Made by a program: the position numbers and the translations under genes
DNA from: Nostoc sp.
Lineage (GTDB): Bacteria; Cyanobacteriota; Cyanobacteriia; Cyanobacteriales; Nostocaceae
DNA length: 64,000 bases
Direction: 5' to 3'
Assembly: GCA_036918135.1 (NCBI GenBank)
Contig: JBALDB010000033.1
Coordinates: 29,226-93,225 of the forward strand
Notes under the pieces: generated by a model
What the model was told of the DNA's origin: nothing
The model's database searches: none
The model's input: the letters and a program-made list of their open reading frames with translations, nothing else
Shown: positions 1 to 10,000 of the stretch, in pieces
Layout of the letters: each line of letters begins with the position of its first letter
Position numbering within the stretch: position 1 is the stretch's first letter

Positions 1-1000
1 AAGGATAATCTTTTTCCAATTCGTCTTTCAATCTTTGACGTGCATTCCTTACAGATAAATACAAAGATTCACCTTTTGAAAATAATCCGAGAAAAAACTT
101 CAAAAATTCTTGCGCTACTTTGTCAGGTATCGCTTCTCGCATCACTATAACTTGGGGAATCTGTAAATCAGCTAACTGCTGTGCTAATCCCAAGCCATCG
201 CAAGAGTTAAAAATAGCTAACTGCAACCCTCCTTGAATTGCTTTTCTTAAGCCATTTTTTAATTCATCAATATTTAAACTATCATTTTGATTAATATAAA
301 TCTTTCCTGTCATACTTTCAGTATGGCTATGTCCCGCAAAAAACAAAATATCCCAATTTTTCTCCCAAAGTTGTTCGCTTATTTCACTGCGCTGAGGTTC
401 ATGGAGAAAGTAAACCTCAGCGTTGGGTAATTGTTGTAATAATTCACGGTCTTTCTTAATATCAATATCAGAGCTATTACCTAAAATCGCTAGTATACGT
501 ACTTTGCTGATTTCTGGAAATGGAGGAAGGGGAGCATAATCTTGTCTCCCCAAAGCAATTTCTGCTTTAGGATAACGTTCAAAAAAATCCCAGAGATGCC
601 AAGGAAGTCGCATCAAAATATTATCTACCTGGAGAATTACCCTCACTTCATCAGATTTAGATAAGTTCTCCAGTAATTTTTCTTTAACTGGACGAAACTC
701 ATTTGAATTCAACCAATTATTTAAACTATTACCCAACAAATCGGCAGCATTAAGACAATCTTGATAAACATCACCAAGATGTGTGAACTCTTGTGTCGCT
801 GCATCTAGTCGTCGAGGAGTTCCTAAGCTTAGATAAATTGACCGCCAATCCTGATAATATTGACTAATTTCTGGGATTGGAGGTAAATTACCATTAATTT
901 CTGTGTGGAAAGGTTGACCTTCATCTCCTATCTGCAAAATTACACTGAACCCCTGGTCAAAATCCCCCTGATATGCCTTAAAAACCACTAACTTAGCCAT
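1..1000 (-). CDS. CHAT (caspase-HetF-like) domain protein, N-terminal part; runs off the left edge of the window (probably CHAT plus a sensor domain such as CHASE2)
   Basis: Manual translation from ATG at 1000 (alternative ATG at 1006): MAKLVVFKAYQGDFDQGFSVILQIG...WDILFFAGHS...LAIFNSCDGLGLA...IVMREAIPD. The His/Cys dyad motifs are intact. Missing from the ORF track because it is truncated. Confidence 0.85.
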   Translation of the reverse strand, partial: MAKLVVFKAYQGDFDQGFSVILQIGDEGQPFHTEINGNLPPIPEISQYYQDWRSIYLSLGTPRRLDAATQEFTHLGDVYQDCLNAADLLGNSLNNWLNSNEFRPVKEKLLENLSKSDEVRVILQVDNILMRLPWHLWDFFERYPKAEIALGRQDYAPLPPFPEISKVRILAILGNSSDIDIKKDRELLQQLPNAEVYFLHEPQRSEISEQLWEKNWDILFFAGHSHTESMTGKIYINQNDSLNIDELKNGLRKAIQGGLQLAIFNSCDGLGLAQQLADLQIPQVIVMREAIPDKVAQEFLKFFLGLFSKGESLYLSVRNARQRLKDELEKDYP

Positions 1001-1030
1001 TACCATCCTCTACGAATAGTTACTAAAAAG

Positions 1031-2500
1031 TTAAAGTGGAAAATCTTTAGCAATACAGCTATCTCCTAGTGATATTTTGACGCTAAATCTTTCTCCTCGT
1101 TTAGCACTAAACTTCTTTTGAATGGCTCTATCAGATTCTCTGGCAACAATTTCGCTGAAAATATTACCAGTTTCATCTAACACCGTCATTCGACAACCAG
1201 GAGGTAAATATCTTTGACCTTCCATCGCATGAACTTGTACTAAAACAGCAACTTTACTATCACTTTTTTCTAAAAACCCCACAATCAAAGCCAATGGATT
1301 ACCAGCTAACTGCATTCCTAAATTACTACCTCGTTTAACTCCCACCGTAGAATTATCAGGGTCTATCATCCACAAACTTGCAGCAGCAGTCCAACGAGTT
1401 TCTTCATTTTGTGTTGTTCGGATTAAATGAATTAGAGAATCAATTGTTTCTTTATCTTGATAACCAATTTCTCCTAATCTTTCAGCAGCAGTTTGTCTTT
1501 GTGCTTCATCTGAAGTATTTTTAATTTGCTCAATTAGGTTTTTTATCTGTTTTAAAGTTTTAGCATCAGGCTTTTTACTCAACCTTTCATTTCTAAAAGA
1601 CCAATTGACTTGTGAAGTTGCAAATAATTCCTCTAATGTCCGCCAACCTGTATCGAATATATTCTCTAACCAACTTGATAGATTTATTGCTGCTTTTGTT
1701 GGTGTAACCACAGATGGAGTAATAGCGGATACTAATCCACGATTTCGATGTTCATATAGTTTCTGCCTCCATTCATCATTTTCTAATAATGCTCCCCACT
1801 TTAAAAAATCTATATCCAAACGAGGCGAATAAGGAGAAGCTTGACTCAATTGTTTGATAATATTTTCTGCTTCGTTAGCTGATATTTTTGGCAGAGGTTG
1901 AATAGCTTCTCTTTGTTGTGGACATACTTCTAGCGAGACGATAAATGCATTAATATCTTGAACTAAATCATCTTTGAGTAAGGTATAAGTATGCTCAAAA
2001 GCATCATATTCTACCTGATTTTTCAAATCAAGATGTGTGGTAAAGCCCCAAATACAAAGGTTAAGTTCATCTGGAATAATTTGTACGGCTAAATAATAAT
2101 CAGCAGTAAATTTAGGAATATCCACCCATTCTTGAGCAACACAAAATTCTTGATTATCAATCGCTTCGCTGGGAATTATAACAATGCGTTTATCCCCAAG
2201 AGAAAATGACGTACCATTTACAAATTCCCAAATATCTGGCGAACTCCAAGTTATAGGTTGGGATAAACCAAGCTCTTCTTTTAGCCATTCGCTCAAAATA
2301 TTTTGACTGAGAAAATTGAGAAATGCATTCCAACGGGCTGCATCATTAGAGTATTTTTCTAGATGATTTACTTGCGACCATGCCTTTTCTTTGTCATTTT
2401 CTGAAAACTCTAAAATCACAGCTTTAGAATTATTATTGGTTAATTTGACTATGTTTTGCTCAAACATGACTTTCCTCTCGTTAGTTTCCAAATGTGGCAT
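1031..2500 (-). CDS. DUF1822 family protein with internal HEAT-like repeats
   Basis: WEFVNGT...VIIPSEAID...VAQEWVDIP...ADYYLAVQ and NLSSWLENIFDTGW motifs typical of cyanobacterial DUF1822; HEAT-like segment RQTAAERLGEIG...TRWTAAASLW. Confidence 0.8.
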   Translation of the reverse strand: MPHLETNERKVMFEQNIVKLTNNNSKAVILEFSENDKEKAWSQVNHLEKYSNDAARWNAFLNFLSQNILSEWLKEELGLSQPITWSSPDIWEFVNGTSFSLGDKRIVIIPSEAIDNQEFCVAQEWVDIPKFTADYYLAVQIIPDELNLCIWGFTTHLDLKNQVEYDAFEHTYTLLKDDLVQDINAFIVSLEVCPQQREAIQPLPKISANEAENIIKQLSQASPYSPRLDIDFLKWGALLENDEWRQKLYEHRNRGLVSAITPSVVTPTKAAINLSSWLENIFDTGWRTLEELFATSQVNWSFRNERLSKKPDAKTLKQIKNLIEQIKNTSDEAQRQTAAERLGEIGYQDKETIDSLIHLIRTTQNEETRWTAAASLWMIDPDNSTVGVKRGSNLGMQLAGNPLALIVGFLEKSDSKVAVLVQVHAMEGQRYLPPGCRMTVLDETGNIFSEIVARESDRAIQKKFSAKRGERFSVKISLGDSCIAKDFPL

Positions 2501-4091
2501 AAGATGCGTTTTTTACCCATACATCAATAAAGGCAGAGATTCGCTGATTAGCTTCATCGATGAAGGCTAAGATTTTCTGTTGATCTGATTCAGAAGAATT
2601 AAGTGGTAAATCTCTTTGTACTTCTTCGGACAATTTTAAGTGTAGCTGCTGTTTTACGCCATCAATTCTTTCCTGCAAGGCTGATTCGAGAATATTCTTC
2701 AATTGCTCGCTTACTTCGTTTAATGGCAATTTCTGCCCATAGTGAAGCTTGAATATTTCTAAATTATCAGAATCTGATTGAGGAAAGTTAATAGTTAAAA
2801 ATTCACTCAAATTCGACTTAAAATATTGCTCTAAACAAGCATCTATCGCCTGGGAAATCTCCTTAACTTTCTTAGGAGTAATATTTAATTTTTGTAAGCT
2901 CCATTTAACTACGTCTTCCAATATCAATTTTTTCGCTTTGCTGAGACGACGGGATACTTGACACTGTTCTATATTAAAAGCATAGCCAATATATTTTTGA
3001 GCTATAGATAACCCTAGCTCAAGCTGGAGCATTTTTTGCTCTTCTTGAGAAAGTTGATTGTAAGAATTAATGAAAATGGTTTTAATTTCATTCCATTCCT
3101 GGTTTTGTAACTCTTCCTCCTCATAATCATCGAAATTATCAGCTTCTACAGTATCAGCCAAAGTTATCTGAGTCTCATCCGAAGGTTTTCCTAGAGGTTT
3201 ATCTAGGGATTCTATAGTAGGTGAGATGTCATTACGTAAAGCTTTTACACAGGCGAAGAGTGATTTATTGAGTGTTTCGCTATTAATCGCTGTGTGATGT
3301 AAAGCTACTACACATGATTGGAGCCACTTATTACTTCTTCCACTATTAATTCCTTGTTGTGGCTTAGACAGTAATTGATTATAACGATTAGCAATCGATT
3401 CAAGCTGTTCTTGATTTGCCCATTCTAACCGTTGAGCTCCGGTTAATTGTTTTGGTGTATAAATTTCCTTAAAGCAATACCAAGCCAAAAGACATTGAGA
3501 TAATTGTTTATTTTTTTCTGTGTCTTTAATACCAGTATTTATTAAGGCTTCTCTGAGGAAAGTATGTGTGACAGCACGCAACAATGCAGCATCAGAATAC
3601 TTTTTTTTGGCTACACCTATATGAATAAATTCATAAATAACTGTTCCCAGTTTATATTGAGCAAATTTGGTGATGGAACCACGTTTTGAATCATATTTAT
3701 CAAACAGTTTGGAGAATTTTTCTTGGTTGAGCAAGTTAATTCTAGCAACTTGGATCAAATCTAGCCAGGAATAATTAAAGCTAGAATAATTTAGAGACTG
3801 TTTTTTAGCTACCCAATAAGCAGTTTCTTCTAAATAAGATGCCATATGTTTGTGTGCCAATAAATTTGGGTTTTGCTGCTTACTTTGTTCTAGCCAATAC
3901 TGTATCCAAAATTCTTCACTATCTTCTTGTGTTAAATTATAATTTTTCTGGAAATTATCATTCAAATCACGGTCACGCAACCAGCGAATGCTAGAACTTG
4001 TATTGCTATCAATACCTATAAAAGTTGTAAACTTTTCTGTTATTTTTATCCTTTGTGGTAACATTATTTGTCTTCCTGTTGTTGATATCAA
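2481..4091 (-). CDS. sigma-70-family-like protein of the type found next to cyanobacterial DUF1822/CHAT genes
   Basis: LAHKHMASYLEETAYWVA N-terminal motif; SLDKPLG...ITLAD region-3-like segment; region-4-like HTH LSQEEQKMLQL...IEQCQVSRRLSKAKK; overlaps the DUF1822 ORF start. Confidence 0.7.
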   Translation of the reverse strand: MISTTGRQIMLPQRIKITEKFTTFIGIDSNTSSSIRWLRDRDLNDNFQKNYNLTQEDSEEFWIQYWLEQSKQQNPNLLAHKHMASYLEETAYWVAKKQSLNYSSFNYSWLDLIQVARINLLNQEKFSKLFDKYDSKRGSITKFAQYKLGTVIYEFIHIGVAKKKYSDAALLRAVTHTFLREALINTGIKDTEKNKQLSQCLLAWYCFKEIYTPKQLTGAQRLEWANQEQLESIANRYNQLLSKPQQGINSGRSNKWLQSCVVALHHTAINSETLNKSLFACVKALRNDISPTIESLDKPLGKPSDETQITLADTVEADNFDDYEEEELQNQEWNEIKTIFINSYNQLSQEEQKMLQLELGLSIAQKYIGYAFNIEQCQVSRRLSKAKKLILEDVVKWSLQKLNITPKKVKEISQAIDACLEQYFKSNLSEFLTINFPQSDSDNLEIFKLHYGQKLPLNEVSEQLKNILESALQERIDGVKQQLHLKLSEEVQRDLPLNSSESDQQKILAFIDEANQRISAFIDVWVKNASYATFGN

Positions 4092-4224
4092 GCTTACTAT
4101 TTTGAAATAACTTGCTCTTGAATAGGAAAGTTTTGCACAATATATTTGAAATGTTTCAGTTCAAATGATTGTTGGATAATTTAATAAATATATACTTGTA
4201 ATTTATCTACAACTATCCAACAAA

Positions 4225-4857
4225 TCATTTTTTAACTGAAGCAACAACATTCCAGAGTTTTTGCCAAACATTACTTGAACTGGAATGATTCTCAGTATCT
4301 GGTTGCTGAGTTGGAGATTCTGCTAAACTTTTGCGGCGGAGTAGTGCTTGTTCAATGTAAGTAATTGACCCTGGATAGGTTTCTTCTAAATTCAATAGAA
4401 GTTTTTCTCCTATTTTTTCTTCAGCTGGGTCGATACCAGTATCTAAAATATTTTTTAATCTAGGCATGGCGATTTCGTCTACTATCATAACCAGAGCTTC
4501 TAAACATAATTCAAACTGTTTTTCTGTCAATATGCTATCCAGTAAGGGAAGCTCAACTGTTGCACAAATTTCTCTTCCCATCGGGTCATAACCCCAGCGC
4601 ACCATATTGGTTTGCAAAGACAGATTCAGTAATGCTTTGAACAATACAGGTGCATGTGCATCATTGATATTTGTCAGCAGTTGCGGTGCTAGCATTTGCA
4701 AATATTCTCTTCCTTCGCCTAAACTAATTACAATCAAAAAATCCTCAACATTTTCAGTTTGAAATCCGGTGATAATGCGTTGATTTTCTGCATCGACTTC
4801 ATACTTTAAGTCGTTTTGTTGTAAGTAACTTGCAACTTGCTCTAGTGTTGCTGCCAT
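4225..4857 (-). CDS. YbjN/T3SS-chaperone-like domain protein
   Basis: MAATLEQVASYLQQNDLKYEVD...LFKALLNLSLQTNMVRWGYDPMGREICATVELP resembles cyanobacterial YbjN-fold proteins. Confidence 0.55.
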   Translation of the reverse strand: MAATLEQVASYLQQNDLKYEVDAENQRIITGFQTENVEDFLIVISLGEGREYLQMLAPQLLTNINDAHAPVLFKALLNLSLQTNMVRWGYDPMGREICATVELPLLDSILTEKQFELCLEALVMIVDEIAMPRLKNILDTGIDPAEEKIGEKLLLNLEETYPGSITYIEQALLRRKSLAESPTQQPDTENHSSSSNVWQKLWNVVASVKK

Positions 4858-4933
4858 AAATGATCCATTTTGATTTACTATTGGCTGACATCAGTAGTTC
4901 TGGATAGGTTTTGAAATTTATGCAGGCTACAGT

Positions 4934-5139
4934 TTAATTAGACTCGCCAATTAAGGTAAAAGCAGCCCAGTTCTTGGGGTCTGGGTGTTTTTCCATCGTT
5001 TTCAGCATCGCCTGACGCAGTGCAGAGGCTTTATCATTGCTTTGCTGCAACCGTTGGTAAAATTCTGTCATCAGAGATGCGGTGGGAGCATCAGGTATCG
5101 ACCATAGGGACACAATCACACTAGGTACACCTGCACTAA
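4934..5139 (-). pseudogene. 3' remnant of a CHAT-domain (TPR-CHAT type) gene, truncated at the IS701 end
   Basis: Frame reads SAGVPSVIVSLWSIPDAPTASLMTEFY...ALRQAML...WAAFTLIG*, the canonical CHAT C-terminus. It begins exactly at the IS inverted repeat. Confidence 0.85.
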
Positions 5140-6588
5140 CCCTCTTCTGTCACTTTCCGGAATAAGCAAGTAGTTCAGGAGCTAAATTATCCAGAAGCAT
5201 AATAGGGTTTAAATTGATTCATTGCTGCAATTAAATGATTGAATCCCAGTAACAAATGTGAATTAGGGAAAATACTTAACCAGGGATAAATTAACCAAAA
5301 TAGTAAAAGTGGTTGGATAATGAGACGCAGATTATTTAAAGCATTCTTCCATCCAGATTCATGGTTCCATTGCGGATGGTTAGAAAAATCAACATCACTA
5401 TTTTCTTGTGCGTCAGTCTCAAGTTGACGAGATTGATTTAAGCCTAAGAAGACTGGAGAATTTAAACTAATCATCGTGTAAACACAAAAAATAATCTCCC
5501 ACCACCTCTCAATATGTTGGAAATTGGTGAAACGGTAATTTGTCCAGCCTAGCTCTTGTTTACACTGTCGAAATCCATATTCTACCCAGGTTCTTAATCC
5601 ATATAAGTCACCTAAAGTTTTCTTGAGATTACCTTGCAGATTCGTCATCACGAAGGAGGTAGAGTTTTCCGGCATGGTTTCTGGGTCAGTAGTTATTTCC
5701 CAGTAAGTTATGGCTCTTTTTTTACCATAAATTATTTCTCGTATATATCTGGTTTCTGATTTTTGATTGCTAAATGTTCTCTCAAACTTACACCACTTAT
5801 TTGCCCTAACGCTTTGCCCTGAAGGTAACCAGACTCCATGATTACTTCTAATTGCTACGACATAAGCTAATTCATATTCATTTAGTTTTTTAAGGAATTC
5901 GCTACTTTCACCATATAAACTATCTGCTAGTACTAGTTCAATATTAAAGCCTTCATTTATTAATTCTGTAATAATTTCTGATGCTAACTCTATTTTGGTT
6001 TGATATTTATCTCCTGATTTGAGCGTCCCCTTCGGTTTAAATACTTTGAAACTTAATGGAAATGTTATATTGTCACAAACTCCATAAGCATTGACTGACA
6101 CTATTCAATTATCTATTTTTCCTACGCTCCCTAGATATTGTCTTGCTACATAATCTGTCTTTTTACCTTTTTTCCTATCTCCCGTTTCATCTATTACTAC
6201 GGTTATCGCATGACCCTTTAATGCTTTCTTTAATTTATTTAATCTTCGGCTCTTTAATTTCTCTACTAACCAATCTGAATAGGCTATAAAATGATGTAAT
6301 GACTGTGCCGAGTTTATACTTACTACTTTGGCTATTTCTGGTAATGATTTTCTTTTTATTGGTGAAATTATCCCTAAATGTAAATATTTGAAGCATTCAT
6401 AATTTCTTACTTCTTTGAACAGGTCTTTGTACTCTGCACAATATTCATCTACGATCGCAACTGTTGGCTGGGCATCCCTTGGCAGATGTTTCAGGATTTG
6501 TAATTCTACATCCATTGCTCTACTTACCTTGTAGAGTTTTATCTTTCCTTTATTCTATTCATTATATCCGGAAAGTGACAGAAGAGGG
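5140..6588 (-). mobile_element. IS701-family insertion sequence
   Basis: Perfect 22-bp terminal inverted repeats CCCTCTTCTGTCACTTTCCGGA (5140-5161) and its reverse complement (6567-6588) enclosing a DDE transposase. Confidence 0.92.
5187..6515 (-). pseudogene. IS701 transposase interrupted by an in-frame TGA
   Basis: VIDETGDRKKGKKTDYVARQYLGSVGKIDN*IVSVNAYG...LVLADSLYG...RTWVEYGFRQCKQELGW. The stop at 6105-6107 lies where Gly is expected, and both ORFs share a frame. Confidence 0.88.
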
Positions 6589-6605
6589 GTAGTACCATTC
6601 TTCAC

Positions 6606-6726
6606 TAGACCTCTTGCAAAAGCTCCCTAAGACCCTACCACCAGCCTCTAAGAGCCTGTTAGGGCAGACTTTGATGTAAATCAAAGGCTCTTTGGGGTTC
6701 TTTTTTTGATTTATGTAAGAAGTCTA
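6606..6726. mobile_element. putative MITE (~121 bp) beside the IS701 end
   Basis: Imperfect 13-bp terminal inverted repeats TAGACCTCTTGCA / TGTAAGAAGTCTA (2 mismatches); no ORF. Confidence 0.5.
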
Positions 6727-7058
6727 CTGAGAGATTACTAACGCCACGCGATCGCAATCAGGCGGGCGCTTGCACTATCGCATCTTGCTTAAGCAAGTTT
6801 AAGCAAATATCGCAGCCGATTCATGGCAGATAAGATTTTACACAATGCCTACAAGCGAGCGAATTGGAGTAGAGGTAATCAATACTCATTCGTTTAAGTA
6901 TAAATAAAGTTAAATTGCTTTATGAGTCTATGCTGTAGCCATTCACCCCAAGATAAGTGAGGATTTTATTTTTTGCAAGTTTCTTGGGAAGAATAATCTA
7001 TATGTGCTAGTTAAAGTCAAACTTTTGACAAGCAATCTTGATTATTGAGAACAGAACT

Positions 7059-10000
7059 ATGACAACAGCAATCGATAGAATTTATAGTATTAGTGGCTAT
7101 AAATTAATAGAAACACTTTATGAAGGTTCTAAAACCGAAGTCTATCGAGCCATTCGATTGGTAGATCTACAAGCTGTTGTCATTAAAATACTGCGAACAG
7201 AATACCCTACCTTCAACGAACTGTTGCAGTTCCGTAACCAATATACCATTGCCAAAAATTTAAATATTCCTAGTATCGTCTGTCCTTATAGTCTGGAAGC
7301 ATATCGTAATGGTTATGCTTTAGTAATGGAAGATTTTGGGGGAATTTCTCTAAGAGAATATACTAAAACCCAATCGCTAGAACTGGTGGAGTTTTTTACA
7401 ATAGCTCTGCAACTTAGCGATATTCTCCATTCACTCCATCAAGAACGGGTAATCCATAAAGACATCAAACCCACGAATATTCTGATTAACCCGCAAACTA
7501 AACAAGTAAAACTCATCGATTTTAGTATTGCTTCTTTACTTCCTAGAGAAAGTCAGACTCTTATCAGTCCCAATGTTTTAGAAGGAACTCTCGCTTATTT
7601 ATCTCCCGAACAAACTGGACGCATGAACCGAGGAATAGATTATCGTAGTGACTTTTATTCTTTGGGTGTGACATTTTTTGAACTCCTGACAGGACATTTA
7701 CCCTTTGAGTCAGACGATCCAATGGAGTTGGTACATTGTCATATTGCCAAGCAACCACCACTTTTAAAGAATAAGGCACAGGGAGAAGAGATACCGCAAG
7801 TACTGTGCGATATTGTGATGAAGCTGATGGCTAAAAATGCCGAATACCGCTATCAAAGTGCTTTAGGGTTAAAACATGATTTAGAAACCTGTCTTTGGCA
7901 ACTGAACGAAACAGGTAAGATTCAATACTTTCAAATTGGGCAACGGGATATTTGCGATCGCTTCCTGATCCCAGAAAAACTCTACGGTCGTGAAACCGAA
8001 GTTGCCACGCTTCTACAAGCCTTTGACCGCATCAGCGCTGGTAGTACAGAAATCATGCTAGTGGCAGGTTTCTCCGGTATTGGCAAAACAGCAGTCGTTA
8101 ACGAAGTCCACAAGCCGATTGTGCGGCAGCGGGGTTACTTCATTAAAGGTAAATTCGATCAGTTCGGGCGCAACATTCCTTTTTCGGCATTTGTGTTGGC
8201 ATTGCGGGACTTGATGGGGCAATTACTGGCTGAAACAGATACGCAACTCAAGCAATGGCAGACTAAAATTCTTTCCGCCTTGGGCGAGAACGGGCAGGTG
8301 ATTATTGAAGTCATTCCTGAACTCGAACGGATTATTGGCAAACAACCGCCTGCTGTAGAACTTTCTGGTAGTGCTGCTCAAAATCGCTTCCGTCTGCTGT
8401 TTGTAAAGTTTATTCAAGTACTCACAACCCCAGAACATCCTCTAGTGATTTTTCTGGACGATTTGCAATGGGCAGACTCTGCATCGCTACAACTGATGCA
8501 ACTGCTAATGAGTGAGACAGAAGCTGGCTATCTTTTGCTCATTGGTGCGTATCGAGATAATGAAGTTACCCCTGCCCATCCTCTGATGCTGACAATCAGT
8601 GACATTGCTAAAACAGCAGCGATTGTCAACACTATCACTCTAAATCCCCTCCAGCTATTTGACCTCAACCATTTAATTGCCGATAGTCTCAGTTGTTCGC
8701 CAACACTAGCAGCACCCTTGACTGAATTGATATATCGGAAAACTAAAGGTAATCCTTTTTTCGTGACGCAATTTCTCAAAGCATTGTATGAAGAGGGATG
8801 GATTAGCTTTGATACTCAAAGAGGGTTTTGGCAAGCAGATATTGCTCAAATTCAAGCACTGACACTCACTGATGATGTTGTTGAGTTTATGGTGCGTCAA
8901 ATCCAGAAGTTACCCACCACCACCCAATCTGTCCTGAAACTAGCTGCCTGTATTGGTAACTGTTTTGACTTGGCAACTCTTGCCATTGTTTATGAAAAAT
9001 CCTTAACTGAGACTGCTGTAGACTTATGGAAAGCGCTGCAAGAGGGATTGATTTTACCAACCAGTGAGGTTTATAAGTTTTTCCAGAATGATAATAGCGG
9101 TGAATCATGCCAATTACTGATGAGCAGGGAGCAATTGCCTAACTATAAATTTCTGCACGATCGCGTCCAGCAAGCTGCCTACTCTCTAATCCCACAAGAG
9201 CAAAAACAAGTCACCCACCTGCAAATTGGGCAACTATTGCTGAGTCACACAACCGTTGCCCAACAAGATGAGAAAGTGTTTGAGATTGTCAACCAATTGA
9301 ATATCGGTAAAAATCTCATCAGCGAGCAAACACAGCAGATTGAACTCGCCCAACTCAATCTCAAAGCCGGACGTAAAGCCAGAGCCGCTACTGCATATAT
9401 AGCAGCATTTGAGTATTTCAACACAGGCATTGCTTTGTTGCCACCAAAACCATGGCAAACAGAGTATGAGTTAACCTTGGTGCTTTACGAAGCTGCTACT
9501 GAAGCTGCTTATTTGAGCGGGAATCTAGAGCAGATGTCACAACTAGCGGCAGTTATATTAGAACAGGCTAGCACCTTGTTGGATCGGGTCAAGGTCTATG
9601 AAATCAAAATTCAAGCAGCTCAAGCCCAACATCAATTTCTCGAAGCAGTGCAGATTGCCTTGGAAATTCTGGAACATCTAGGAATCAGTTTTCCAAAACA
9701 ACCTAGCGAATCGGATATTGCCCAGGCATGTGCGGTAACTAACTCAATTCTGGCAGATAGGCAAGCGTTAGATTTAATTGCTCTACCCCAGATGAGCGAA
9801 CCGGAAAAGTTAGCCGCTATCAGAATTCTCGCTGGTGTCTCTTCTTGTGCCTATGTTGTAGCTCCAACTCTGTTACCATTTCTAATCCTGGAGCAGGTAA
9901 ATTTATCAGTTCAGTATGGCAATACTTCATACTCTACAAATGGTTATGCCTACTACGGACTGATGTTATGCGGAGTGATGGGAGAAATTGAGCGTGGCTA

